Below are positions 1-13,808 of a stretch of 64,000 nt of DNA, piece after piece. Origin of the DNA: Eledone cirrhosa. Taxonomy: Eukaryota. The stretch lies in contig OZ024740.1 of assembly GCA_964016885.1 (NCBI GenBank), forward strand, positions 391,902,001-391,966,000. The letters run 5' to 3'. Numbering within the stretch: the first letter of the stretch is position 1; the number at the start of each line of letters is the position of its first letter. Under the pieces are notes generated by a model, which did not search any database, was not told the DNA's origin, and saw nothing but the letters and a program-made list of their open reading frames with translations. The translations under genes were made by a program, and so were the position numbers.

Positions 1-460
1 ATGTTATCTAACCATCTTGCTCGGGGTCTACCCATGGGTTTCTCCCAGTTGGTTTTGTCCGTACAAATTTGTCCAGCGATTCTTTCTTAAGACATTGTAA
101 CAAAATGCCCCTAGTAACGGAGCTGCGATGTCTCAATTCACAGAAGTAGCGGCTCTGCCTAGAGCGAATACTTGACACCTTCGAAAGAACCCCATTTCAG
201 CTGCTTGTGTTCGCGTTTGTATTCTTTCGATTATTACCTAAGATTCATGACCATAGATAAGGGTTGGCACTAATACTGAATTGAAGATTCAGTTTGACCG
301 AATGCTAAAGTTAGCGCATTACTTCACCAGATCCTGCTATTCTTGTACTTAATTCAACCTCCTGCCTTCTATCATTTGTGATCACGACCCCATGATACCT
401 GCTATAATGGAACTACTCTCACATGTACAGTGCACGGCGCTTGTTTCCTTAAGAGACGTG
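1..460 (-). mobile_element. RTE-clade LINE 3' fragment (degenerate), truncated by window start
   Basis: Aligns by eye with the RTE fragment at 3575-4222 (e.g. cccatttc-gcttgt-ttcgcg-ttgtattc; aagattcatgaccatag-taagggtt); many stops. Confidence 0.65.
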
Positions 461-530
461 TGTCTTAATCTTCGCAACACAGAGATAACTTTCAAGTGCA
501 TATCAGAGATAACTTTCTGTCGAGTTAAAT

Positions 531-727
531 AATTGTTTCTACTTTTGGCACAAGGCCAGCAATTATCCCAGTCTATTACTTACTGGTACTTTATTTTATC
601 GACCCTGTAAGGATGAAAGGCAAAGATAACCTCGGCGGGATTTGAACTCAAATCATAAAGGGGCGTAACTCTATGCGTCAAAGCATGGCGTCCGACCCTC
701 TACCGATACTGCCAATCCACCACCCTC
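531..727 (-). mobile_element. tRNA-derived SINE (family S1), near full length
   Basis: Reverse complement has A-box-like TGGCAGTATCGG, B-box GAGTTCAAATCC, conserved core TTGCCTTTCATCCTTAC.GGGTCGATAAAATAAAGTACCAG and tail GGCCTTGTGCC..AAGTAGAAACAATT; at least 7 related copies in the window. Confidence 0.85.
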
Positions 728-868
728 GAGTTAAATAATATCATGTCGTCTGCAAAATCCATCCGACTGATCCTACATCCGCCAGTCTTGATGCCATTGC
801 AAACCCGGTCATGTGCTTTTTTCGAGGTCTACGACACAACCATACACCTCTTGGCAATACTCGCACGA

Positions 869-1156
869 TTTCTCGAAGAATATTTGTTCGACCGTTAAAT
901 GTTGATTATAAAAATTAATGAAACAAAGGCATTCATTATATTGATATAACAGTGTGATGATCGTAATGTTATTAATTATGAGGTGTTGAAGTAAAGTAAA
1001 TTAGTTATATTTCTCGAAGAATATTTGGTTGAATCTTAAGTGTTGATTATAAAATTTAATGGTATTATGATTCAAATGAAACAAAGAGGCATTAATTATA
1101 TTGATATAACAGGGCAATGATCGTTATTAATTATGAGGTGTTGAAGCAAAGTAAAT
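869..1156. repeat. Tandem duplication, two ~140 bp units
   Basis: tttctcgaagaatatttg...gttgaag(t/c)aaagtaaatt occurs at ~869-1001 and ~1009-1156. Confidence 0.8.
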
Positions 1157-1824
1157 TTTCCCTCTCATCAAGTCATTCACAGAACATTATATGACTGTAC
1201 ACATATGTGACAGTAATTATCTTATCTTAGTTGTCAACTATCGAAGATTTCCCACAGATCCAGCTAGTAATGAATTATGTTGCTGTAATAGTTTTAGTTC
1301 TTAAATAGTACGTCTAATGATAGTGTCAGAAAACATTTTCAAAAATGCAGGTTCTAATTTGTACCATTATTTATTAATTGATTGAATTAACAGTTTCTTG
1401 CACTTGGCTTTAGATTTAATTTGCATTTAATGATCAGTCATTTATACTTAACAGGTTTCAGGTGGTGTGGAGATGTTCATGTCAAAAGAACGTCTTAATC
1501 TTACGATATGTGGGAAACGTTTAGACGAAACGTATGGAAGCTTTACCATTTGAATGTATTCTGTCGGAGTCTTATGAAAAAACAATAAAATACTGTAGAA
1601 GAGATTATATTTATTAATATTCCGAGTATAACATTTTACAACTGCATCGCTCAAGGTAAAGATATAACATCGTTGTATGGTACTACTTTATATGAACCTG
1701 AAATGGATTTACACAATAAAAGTTTATTCCTGAGGAAATGGACGTCATATCGGTTGTTTCCCAGTATACTTATTACAGATTATGTTTAAACCACACGATT
1801 CAATTGTAGCAAATTTAGGCCATG

Positions 1825-1864
<40 letters not shown>

Positions 1865-1868
1865 GGCC

Positions 1869-1964
<96 letters not shown>

Positions 1965-2115
1965 GTTGACGAGGTTATAGTATCAACTATAATCTCGTTG
2001 GCACACATTACTCACTCAATGAATTATGGAATAGACTTTTAAGGAACAAAACCTGTCACAGAGTGCTTATCAAGTGTATGTTTGCAATGTGGCATGTATA
2101 TATACGCATACATAC

Positions 2116-2170
<55 letters not shown>

Positions 2171-2173
2171 CGT

Positions 2174-2233
<60 letters not shown>

Positions 2234-2916
2234 CCATGTGTGTGTGTGTGTCATAAAAATACTCATACTTTCAGAAGTTCTACATCAAAATTAGGGAGCG
2301 CATGGAATATTAAATATGGATAAAGCTTAATTTGACAAGTAAAACAATGATAAATCGAATAGGTTTATTATAGCGAATTATACAAGTGGTTCGATTTATA
2401 ACTGACAAATTTATAATATCGTAATAGAATAGAACTACGAAGAGATTATGAAAACATGGTGGGAATACAAGTGAAAGATTGTGTACAAGAAATTTCCCTG
2501 AACAGCTGCATATCGACTTTCTTTTCACTTTCTCAGCATAGTTAAGGAAAGAGAAAAATAATCTATAAAATTGTACAAAAATATACGAAAACAATTTCAT
2601 AAATGTTTTCATGAGGTACAAAGCATTGGTTCACTTTAGATGCTAAGGGGATTACAAATGATTTTCTATTTGTATTAGACGCTAATTGATCGAAGTTATA
2701 AAACACAGAACACCCGAAAAATAAATTCTATATACGTTCATTTATGTGTAATGTAGAGTCAAGTGATCCAACTAAAGGCAGAATAAAGTACATTTTGTAG
2801 AAAAGACTCATTGCACATTAACTTACATTTTATACATTATATACCCAACGATTTAGCCTCTATGAACAATAATGTTTTTTCTAGATGTAAAACTCTTTAA
2901 TAATCTTTAACCTAAG

Positions 2917-3079
<163 letters not shown>

Positions 3080-3289
3080 TGCGATTGCAAACATGTAAAA
3101 CATGTAAAGGAATGGTTTTATTATGCGATGAATGCTAATTGTATTCTTCATATGATCTCCATATTTTCCACGGTTCCCAGGATGCCTCAAAGCTAGACCA
3201 CCATTATTCCCAAAGGCTAATTTTCACATTTTAAAACGGAGAGTATCAGGAGCTCGAGCAGTAATCAGAAGGGAGGTAGGTGTAAAAGC

Positions 3290-3500
3290 CAAACTATCTA
3301 TCTTCAATTAGGTATTCGTGCCAACCCTTACCTATGGTCATGAATCTTGGGTAATGTCCGAAAGAATATGATTGCGAATACAAGCGGCCGAAATGGGGTT
3401 CCTCGGAAGAGCGTATTTTATGGGCAAAATCAACCGGCAGGAAAGCCAGGGGTAGACCCCGAGCAAAATGATTGGATAACAAAGGAACATTTCTGAACAC
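3290..3500 (+). mobile_element. RTE-clade LINE fragment, opposite orientation to the adjacent copy
   Basis: ttcgtgccaacccttacctatggtcatgaatcttggg (F-V-P-T-L-T-Y-G-H-E-S-W) is the RTE 3' RT/thumb motif; inverted relative to ~3915-4010. Confidence 0.65.
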
Positions 3501-3517
3501 AGGAGAGGTGACAGTAC

Positions 3518-4222
3518 TCTTCTTCTTCTTCTTCTTCTTCTTCTTCTTCTTCTTCTTCTTCTTCTTCTTCTTCCTGAGAGGGTCTTGGGGGTCAGAGTTC
3601 TCAAACATTCCTTCCAGCATGTCTTGTCAGAAGCAACCGTTTCCACCAGATGTAGCTGGATCCCCATATGAAACCAGGCGAGCTCATAGATGCTATCCAG
3701 CCATCGTGCTCGGGATCTATTGGGTTTCCTACCTGTTGGCTTTGCCCGTAAAATTTGTTCAGCGATTCTTTCCTGAGACATTTTACCACATTTCTATAGT
3801 ATCGGAGCTGTGATCTCTCAATTTGGAGAGGTAATGGCTCTACCTGGAGCGAATCCTTGATCCTCGAGCAACGTACTCTATCGAGTAACATTACTCCATA
3901 GACCCTGCGGAGGAAACCCATTTCGATCGCTTGTATTCGCGATTGTATTCATTTCGGTCATTACTCAAGAATCGTGACTATAGGTAAGGGTTGCCACGAA
4001 TACTGAATTGAAGTTAACGAGTTTGACTTTAACACCTACCTCCCTTCTTCTGACTACCGAATGTTGAATGTGACACATTACTGCACCAGCTCCTGCAATT
4101 CTTGCACTTAATTCAGCCTCCTGCCTTCCATCACTAGTGAACACGGCCCCGAGATACTGAACTTTTCTACCTGCTTCAGTGGAACTCCATTCATATGTTA
4201 TCGCACATTGTGCAGTCTTCCT
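3518..4222 (-). mobile_element. RTE-clade LINE 3' end with (AAG)n tail
   Basis: Minus-strand peptides VEKFSISG, MGFLRRVYGVMLLDRVR, IERSQLRY, KPTGRKP..R.RWLD; (CTT)n at 3518-3573 forms the simple-repeat 3' tail typical of RTE. Confidence 0.8.
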
Positions 4223-4660
4223 TCACATGTAAAATCTTAAATAAGATTTTATCATATAAGTGTATGTGTGCGTTAATGTGTGTGGTGCGTTTATAATGTG
4301 TTCATATCCGTATGTATATGTATTATATATGCCTATTCATAATTTGTATTGCGTATAGCCAATACACACATATACATGCCTGTGAGTGACACACGGATGA
4401 GAAAAAAGAAGAAATGAAAATAACATTAAATTAATATGCAGCCACCATGCTTCACTCAAGAGAAATCGTGTGTTGATCGAAACTCATATCAAAGTAGACA
4501 TGTCAGCTCATCTTACCGATAAGCTAATAGCTGCTTGGATACAAGAAGATATAGCATCAAAGCTAAGAGAATGATAAGATTTATCTTTTTCTCTGCTTTG
4601 TATTCGATGATTTCTTGAAAGTTGAGAGTAGAAGTCTAATTGATTATTTCTCTGAATTCG

Positions 4661-4719
<59 letters not shown>

Positions 4720-5239
4720 ATGTGTGTGTAGCTGTGTGTATAAGTTTGTACATGTGTGTGTGTATCTGTGTATGTGAGCATGTATGTGTGTGTACATACA
4801 TGTATATTGGAATTTAATGTATAATCATTTTACTTTTCTGTTCATTCAGGAAACTATTTAGATTTCTTCTTCCTTCCGACATCAGACATATAGGCCCCTG
4901 TAAATTATCCAATAATCCCCACTACTTCGCGTCAGCACCTTTTTTAAGAGCATATTTTAGGGTTTCTTTTGAATGTCCCTCTTACAATTTCTTCAATGTT
5001 TGTTTTGCACTTTCTCGACGCATTTCCACAAAACATGATCTACGAATTTCTTTCGTTCTTCTCAATCGAGAAATGATAGTGTGAATCTCCTAGATATGTT
5101 CGTATTCCATTTGTGAGGTTTCATCTGACCCTGTTATTATTATAGAAGGATTCTGGAGCAATTATTTTAAAAATTATATTCGATATTTTATGTAATTTTC
5201 TATACTCTTTAACTTACTATTAAAGTATGATCCTAAGTC

Positions 5240-5500
5240 TAAAGTCTGTCTTAAGCTATAAGGCTCGTTAGGCCGATGTTTATCCCTCTTTCGTGGCATG
5301 AAGCGACTGAGGGTATAAGTCTCCCCTCTGGAGAGGACGCCAGTACATCGCTGGGTTAAACCCCCAGCTATAGCTGGTTCTCATTTTCAGCAATATTCAG
5401 AGTATACTGGAGCAACATGAAATTAAACCCAGCCCAGGAATCGAACCCACGACATTATGATCGTAAGTCCAACACCCTTACGACTAAACCACGCACCTCC
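5240..5500 (-). mobile_element. tRNA-derived SINE (family S2), V-domain-like centre
   Basis: Reverse complement starts ggaggtgcgtggtttagtcgtaagggtgttggac...gggttcgattcctgg (A/B boxes), then ccagcgatgtactggcgtcctctccagagggg, resembling the V-SINE domain. Confidence 0.7.
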
Positions 5501-6029
5501 ACACAATTAAAGTATGATACTCATTCAAATTCAGTTAAGTCCTAGGAAAGGGCGTCACTAAATTTGTGTTACACAACAATAAAGGATGAACTTAATGATG
5601 ATATCTTTGACTATGCCGCTGCAATTTAGTCGATTCATTCAATTCCAACATATTATTGGTTCACATAGGTAATGTGAACCAATAATATTTATGAATGAAA
5701 CGTGAAGGTGATATTATGTTATTTGTACTCAAGGTAGTTTGGTATGAAACCAATTTCTCTCCAAAGCGTCTGGTATCATATAGTCTGTTCTAATTCTACT
5801 TTATCTTTGTGTGAAACTGTTTCTGCTTTCATAGGTTTACAACATACATAAAAAGGTATAACGTTCGTATTTCCAATGTACGTTTATCACGTTTATAAGA
5901 GGAGAGCTTTGAGAATCAAAAGACAAAATTGAACGGAAAAGAAATGCTGTTTCTGTCATCTTTTTCTATTTGTGATATAAATAAAATGTGATGGTTTCAC
6001 GGATCGGATACATTGAAATTAATCCAAGT

Positions 6030-6372
<343 letters not shown>

Positions 6373-7583
6373 AACAAGTATGACCCTGACGACAGAGCTC
6401 AAGCCGTTTCGACGGCTAGTTCTGGACTAAATAAGAATGTTTTGCCTGGTAAATAAATAGCCGAACTTCTCAGGGGGTAATTTCATATATGGGAAGATAG
6501 TAATTGTCAAAAGGATTGGTCAAACATTTGTTGTAAAGACAGATTGCGTAGGACTTACCTCGCCCTCAAACCCCATAATGACCCGGGAGGGGGGGGGGGG
6601 GGGGTAGACAAGGGCTGAAACACCCCACTTGTCGATTTTGTAAGGGGTAACCCATGCTTACAAAGGTAGACGTAACTTTTTTCTTTTCCTCTATATTTCC
6701 TTCTTCCCCCATCTCTTCCTAGTCCTTCCACCCCAGATCTCCTTCCCTGTCTTTTTTTTCACCTTTTCGCCTACCCCGATGCAGCCCATCGGTCCTCTGT
6801 AGCCTCAGTACCCCCACCCCCACTAATTTTAAGATAGAATTGGCCGATTACGCTTTTTATAGCAGATGTGTTAGACCCCAGTAACTTGTTTTCTTTCTGG
6901 TTGCTGCTCCATTTCTGAGATTTCTAAATTTCTTAGTGGTATTTTTGTATTAGTATTCTTGTATTAGTATTTCTGTATTAGTATTCTGAATTAATATTTC
7001 GTATTAGTATTTTTGTAGTAGTATTTGTAAGTATTTGTAAGTATTTTAGTATTTTTTGTTCTCAACTTATTAACCTGTCATTGTAAGATAGCAATTGGCT
7101 GATTACTAACTAACTATAGCAGTGGTGTTAGACCCCCTGTAAAGCCGGCTTTATCAAATTCTTTCACTACAATCTCGTATTTAGTATTTTTCTCCACCTA
7201 TTAAACTTTTCTATAGCTTAGCAATACCAATGAGAGATTTGGTGATTGTGGAAATGGAGTAGTAACCAGAAATTGTTTTTTATATATTTATTTCCTTATT
7301 TTTATAATGTTTTTTTTGTTTACCCTCTTTCGATTTACCTATTCTTTCAACCCCCCTCCCCTTCTCCAGTACTCTTTTTCGACCTTCTATACACTATCCT
7401 TAGAATCTGGTGTATAGATTTCACTTTCAACGCTTGACTGAGTTTCACCCACTCCCTCGTTGTTCTACCGGCAAGTTCAGCTACCCCTACCTCCCCCCAA
7501 ATGCCATGATAGTATCATCTGTCTTTACAACAAATTTTTTTACCAATCCTTTTGACAATTACTACCTTCCCATATATGGAATT

Positions 7584-7679
7584 ACCCCCTGAGAAGTTCG
7601 GCTATTTATTTACCAGGCTAAAAATTCTTATTTAGTCCAGAATTAGCCGTCGAAACGGCTTGAGCTCTGCCGTCCGGGT
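7584..7679 (+). ncRNA. Type-I hammerhead ribozyme, family A (variant core CUGAGAAG)
   Basis: ACCCC-CTGAGAAG-tt-CGGCTA...TAGCCG-tC-GAAA-CGGC-ttgagctct-GCCG-TC-CGGGT; stems I-III pair, GUC triplet at 7672-7674. Copies at 6383-6478 (-) and 10591-10686 (+, GAAA>GTAA). Confidence 0.7.
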
Positions 7680-7864
7680 CATACTTGTTCCTGTTACCCA
7701 CTCTACTACCCTAAGTATTGAGTACTTTGGTGCGTTATGGTCCATCTGGTTCCTTACCACATTTCCTTCGTTATCTAGCTCCTATCTCCGTAGTAGAGCA
7801 CTTTCCGACCCTACCACGCCTTATTTAGACTTTTCCGCCAAGCTCAAGTTTTTTCACCCGCACC

Positions 7865-9850
7865 ATGCGAAAACACATCGACTTCTCCACCAAGAACATC
7901 CCAGTTCCACCGAGAAAACTTTATCTTCGGATGCTCATGCAAAAAATCGACCTCTTTGCGAAAAGACTAAGATGGAGAACTTTTTTCTACGACAGATATT
8001 GCGACAATCAGGACTTCGATACCAAGGAGAGATTCGGATTTAATACCTACAAATCTCCCCCTCCGAACCCTATGCTCTCACCCTTTGAGAATGACCTTTT
8101 CCAACTGGTCAAGAGCATTAAATTCAAATCCAGACACAACAGATTCCTACAAAAACTCCGTAGCAAATTAACAGAGTATGAAAACACCAACGACATCATG
8201 GTGCACTCGGACAAAACTGGACACCTCTACTTTGTCAACCCCGACAGATACCACACACTGATCAGGAGCAGCCTGAACTCCACCTATAAAAAGGCTAACC
8301 ATTCAAGTATCGAGGACATAAATCGAGATGGACAACAGATTACCTCCAGCCTCGGGGTCGCCGACCGCACTGAACTCCTACACCCACGGACTCCCTACTT
8401 CACACTGAAGGACCAAAAATCCGACTTCGACCGTAAACCATCCATCAGGCTTATAAACCCAACGAAGTCCGACATAGGGAGAACCAGTAAAAAAAAATCC
8501 AAGACAGCGTTATACCAAAAATTAAGAAAATCGCGAGACTTAGCCTATGGGTCAACACCCAGGAAGAAATCTCATGGTTCAGCAATATGGAGAACAACCG
8601 AGACACAAAATTCATCCAGTTTGACATAGAGAGTTACTATGCATCAATTACCTTACGCACCTTACGGCCGCCTTGGACTTTACCGAAACACTCACGCCCA
8701 TCACCGACCAGGAAAGAAATATCATCCTCCACGCCAGGAAGACAGTCCTACTTTTCGACAACTCCAAATGGATAAAGAGAGCTCCTGACTCCCCCTTCGA
8801 CGTCAGTATGGGCGCGACGGATTCGGCTGAGGTCACAGATCTTATAGGCTTATTCCTACTATTTAAACTCACCGAAATGTTTCCTGCATTCGGCGGTGGA
8901 TTGTACCGTGATGATGGGCTCCTTACCCTCAAAGGGTACAACCCCAGTAGTATAGACCGGGTCCGTAAACAATTAATTAGCTTCTTCCGCGACTGGGGAT
9001 TTAAAATAACCCTACAAACGTCCCTAACCCGAGTAAACTTCCTGGACGTTACCCTTAACCTCGATAATGATCTGTACTACCCATACAGGAAAACAAACGA
9101 CAACCTGCATTACATCCACCGCCGGTCGAACCATCCTAGAAACATCACCAATAACCTGGTTAAAAACATCTCCCTCCGCATATCTCGTTTGTCCGCTAAT
9201 GAGCAGATATTCGACGAACATGCGCCTTATTACAACCAGGCCCTCAAGCGGAGTGGCTTCCAGGAGGAAATATCCTATTATCCAGCTTCCATTAGCGGAA
9301 CCAGCTGGCGACACCGCCGCTCACTCAACGTAACGTGGTTCAATCCTCCCCCACAATGCCGAGGTGACAACACCTATCGGGAAAATCTTCTTTAGGCTCA
9401 TCGAAAAACACTTCACTACAACACCGCTACCACAACATATCAACAAAAACACCATCAAACTCTCCTACAGCACCACACCTAACTTCGCACAAAACAACGT
9501 CTCCTCTAACAACAAAAAACTCAACTTTTATGGAAGAAATAACCTAGACAGCAGTGGTGAGCCGACCAGGAAGTGTAACTGTCCTGATAGATCCCTCCCC
9601 CCCTCTCAACAACAGATGCCGAGATCGTAATGTAATCTACCAGTGCAACGAGAGGACGGACACCTCCAACAAAGTTTATATAGGATTAACCGCCTGTGAC
9701 TTCAAGACCCGGCTCTACCTACACCGACATACTTTCCGAAACCCGGCCCGGTGTCATGCCACTACACTTTCGGGCCACATCTGAGACCTCAAAGATAATA
9801 ATATAACCTACAATCTCACTTGGAGCTTACTGCATGCAATCACAGATTGC
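7865..9850 (+). pseudogene. PLE-A reverse transcriptase + GIY-YIG endonuclease, frameshifted
   Basis: FSTKNIP N-terminal motif, SDKTG, RLINPTKSDIG, FIQFDIESYY, FDVSMGA.DSAE, GLYRDDGL, NFLDVTL, SNHP, CNC..., NVIYQC..KVYIGLT..FKTR; several frameshifts (one at the A-run ~8489-8497) and TGA at a Trp position (~9782). Confidence 0.92.
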
Positions 9851-10808
9851 GTAGGACTTACCTCGCCCTCAAACACCATAATGACCGGGGGGGGGGGGTT
9901 AGACAAGGGCTGAAACACCCCACTTGTCGATTTTGTAAGGGGTAACCCATGCTTACAAAGGTAGACGTAACTTTTTTCTTTTCCTCTATATTTCCTTCTT
10001 CCCCCCATCTCTTCCTAGTCCTTCCACCCCAGATCTCCTTCCCTGTCTTTTTTTCACCTTTTCGCCTACCCTGATGCAGCCCATCGGTCCTCTGTAGCCT
10101 CAGTACCCCCACCCCCACTAATTTTAAGATAGAATTGGCCGATTACGCTTTTTATAGCAGATGTGTTAGACCCCAGTAACTTGTTTTCTTTCTGGTTGCT
10201 GCTCCATTTCTGTGATTTCTAAATTTCTTAGTGGTATTTTTGTATTAGTATTCTTGTATTAGTATTTCTGTATTAGTATTCTGAATTAATATTTCGTATT
10301 AGTATTTTTGTAGTAGTATTTGTAAGTATTTGTAAGTATTTTAGTATTTTTTGTTCTCAACTTATTAACCTGTCATTGTAAGATAGCATTGGCTGATTAC
10401 TAACTAACTATAGCAGTGGTGTTAGATCCCCTGTAAAGCCGGCTTTATCAAATTCTTTCACTACAATCTCGCATTTAGTATTTTTCTCCACCTATTAAAC
10501 TTTTCTATAGTTTAGCAATGAGAGATTTGGTGATTGTGGAAATTTTTGACCAATCCTTTTGACAATTACTATCTTCCCATATATGGAATTACCCACTGAG
10601 AAGTTCTGCTATTTATTTACCAGACTAAAAATTCTTATTTAGTCCAGAATTAGCCGTCGTAACGGCTTGAGCTCTGCCGTCGGGGTGATAGTTGTTCCTA
10701 TTACCCACTCTAATACCCTACATATTGAGTACTTTGGTGCGTTATAGTCCATCTGGTTCCTTACCACATTTCCTTCGTTATATGTATATATATATATATT
10801 CATATATA

Positions 10809-10898
<90 letters not shown>

Positions 10899-10909
10899 TA
10901 TATATATAT

Positions 10910-10961
<52 letters not shown>

Positions 10962-10974
10962 TCATATATCTTTA

Positions 10975-11055
<81 letters not shown>

Positions 11056-11704
11056 TCATATATATATATATATAATGTATATATATATATATATATATAT
11101 AACATCTGTATATGGAAACATTTATAAACATATATAAACACTCATATACAGTAAACATATGGGTAGCCTCGCTGCTGAAGAAAAATTCGAGACGAAAAAG
11201 AATGTTCTCTATTTACCCCTGTAAATATATCACCAAGCTGCCAACATGTTCTGAGAATGTCAGACAACGCTGTTTCAAGATTTGTTAATCTTTCATCGAT
11301 GACATTCACTCAGAATATACTGGCAGGGAATAAATTATATAGTATTTTGCATGATGATGACTTGCTGGAGATACTCATTTGCTTAAAGCAAAGCAGCAAA
11401 CATCGACTAGAAGTGGTCACTTGTATATAGTGCCAGCTTGGCTGGTTATATTTAATTAGCGGTAGCATTAAGACAGCATTTATGTATAATAGATTTGTAT
11501 ATAAAAACATATATAAACGTAAATAATACGTATATAATACGTTTATATAGAATAAACATATGGGTAGCCTAGCTGTTTTAATGTTTTATGATAATGTGCA
11601 TCTCCAGAAAGAGATCATCACGTAAATTCTATATAAACTATAGTCTATTTCATGCCAGTAGGTTCTGAGTCAGTGTCCCTGATGAAATATCAACAAATCT
11701 TGAA

Positions 11705-12011
11705 ACAAATCTTGTTTTGCAAGGTTTTTGATATGAAATCGTGTGTTGAAACATATATTGTTATACTTGGGGAGGGTTATATTGTTGTAATAATATTGCC
11801 AGAAATAATAACAGAACACACTCACTGACTTAAGAGAAATATAAATAAATAAGTAAATAAATACACAAGTACAATCACAACAAACACATATAAACACACA
11901 CTGGTAAACAAAGATAGAATACAAAAACCAAAACTCATACACTCAAACGCGAACACACACACCAAACATTATACACACACGCAAACGCATGCTTAGAGAC
12001 GGAGACAAGAA

Positions 12012-12062
<51 letters not shown>

Positions 12063-12161
12063 AATAAAAATGGCGTAGACATTAGAATACAATACAATAG
12101 GAGGGAACATAATAATAGTACCACTGATGATGTTGCAGATGTGCAACGAAGGAACTTTGAT

Positions 12162-12215
<54 letters not shown>

Positions 12216-12402
12216 TATATGTGTGTGTGTGTGTGTATTTTTAAGCGTTGGTCAATCAATGATAAACGTTGGTTGCCAAATAAATTAACTATGGAGATAT
12301 AAAAGATACAGAAGTGAAAACCAACCAAACAGTGAGTGTGTTCTGTTATTATTCCTGGCAATATTATTACAACAATATGACCCTCCCCAAGTAAAACAAT
12401 AT
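11705..12402 (+). mobile_element. Non-autonomous PLE-B-related element with 5' inverted arm and HHR
   Basis: ~11754-11828 is the reverse complement of ~12330-12402; 3' end atgaccctccccaagta.aacaatat equals the PLE-B ORF start; HHR-like motif at 12119-12162 (CTGATGA-T-GTTGCA/TGCAAC-GAAGGAACTTTGA). Confidence 0.8.
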
Positions 12403-12410
12403 ATATATAT

Positions 12411-13037
12411 CAACCAACAGGACCTCGAGAAAGTCGATCATTTCATCTATCTGGGCAGCATCCTGACAAGCAGCGGCGACGCGGAGATCGACATCAACTG
12501 TCGGATCGGCAAAGGAGCCGCAGTTTTCCAGCGGATGTGCCCAGTCTGGTCGTCTTTATGCATTAGCACCAAGACAAAGCTCCGCCTGTACAAGAGCATC
12601 GTGTTGCCGACAGTGCTTTATGTGAGCGAGACCTGGAAGAGTACGGCAAAAATAGAGAGACTGCTGAACACTTTCCACCAGCGGTGCCTGCGAAAGATCC
12701 TTCGTGTGTCCTGGCGCGACCGAGTGCGAAACGAGGAGATCCTGCGGAGAGCCGAGTCGTGGACGATACAGAGAGTGTTCACGGAGCGTCGGTGCCGTCT
12801 GGCTGGCCATATTCTGCGTCTGCCAAATGAACGGCATTCGAAAACAGCGATGAACTGGACTCCGCCTGGCGCTAAACGGAGGCGGGGTTGCCCAAGGATC
12901 ACCTGGCGACGAACATTCCGGAAGGACCTGATGGCAGCCAACATCACCTGGCACGGTCTCGAAAAAGTTGCTGCTGATCGTGACCGTTGGTGAGTACTTA
13001 CTGCTCGATGCGCCGAACGGCGCAGAAGAATCTGAGT
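12411..13037 (+). mobile_element. RTE-clade LINE, 5'-truncated
   Basis: EKVDHFIYLGS, RIGKGAAVF, KLRLYKSIVLPTVLYVSETW, FHQRCLRKIL, LAGHILR, KRRRG.PR.TW motifs; GC-rich and largely intact. Confidence 0.9.
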
Positions 13038-13118
13038 ATTCTGTCTCTTATATATTCCATGTGCCATTACCAACCTCAATTTTCTCTATAACCTTCGTTT
13101 TGTGTAGTAAATTACACT

Positions 13119-13209
<91 letters not shown>

Positions 13210-13808
13210 TTAATATGAATCGATACTTTCAGAAAAACGTACACATTTTTAAGTATAGCAAAAAAAAATATTTTAGTTCTGTATTGATTTCTAGTTGTTT
13301 TTACTTTTTACACAATTTAAAGTGATGCAAAGAAATTCAAACACTTCCTGAGCAAATTTATACTCGACACAACGAACCATAAAATACTCTTCAATTATGC
13401 TATTCGTCCTCTATTTGGAATGCTAAGTTGTACCTACCTAGCTGCGTTATTCATAACTTAAATTATGTCCCTTCCCTGTAGATATTGCCTAACACTAATA
13501 ACGTGAAATAAACTATCGACCATTCAATCAAGATTCCTGTATCATGACCAAACAGTTAGTTACGACATTCGTCGATATCGTGTTTATGAATTTAAAGACT
13601 TCTTCAAAATACCTATCTCATTAGATAGGAAAAAAGCGAAGGAAAAGATATAAATTTGATCCTCAATTTCGATATACACACACGTGTGTGTGTCTGTGTG
13701 TGTGCGTGTGTTATTGGTGGTGGTGGTACTTTTATTGCTTTTGAAAACATAATTACTTTCCAATTTCAATTCAATTTCTTTATTAGAATCTTCTATTTTC
13801 AAATAAGG

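Noticed and set aside
531-727. tRNA genes suggested by A/B boxes in SINE heads
   Set aside because: No complete cloverleaf; boxes are followed by SINE core and tail in multiple dispersed copies.
1455-1655. Possible plus-strand exon (cttaacag...caag/gtaaag)
   Set aside because: Stops in all three frames; no recognisable product.
4517-4651. Possible 135 bp minus-strand exon (cag...gtaag), open in one frame
   Set aside because: No polypyrimidine tract, no recognisable protein and no partner exons; unsupported without RNA data.
9779-9787. In-frame TGA as selenocysteine (some Naiad PLEs encode selenoproteins)
   Set aside because: The TGA falls at the Trp of the IW.LKD motif, not a Cys; Cys codons in the CxC/CxxC motifs seen here are ordinary TGY; no SECIS identified.
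11679-11740. CTGATGA...ATATCAA/TTGATAT-GAAA hammerhead-like motif
   Set aside because: No stem I or valid stem III/NUH; formed across a junction of two unrelated pieces.
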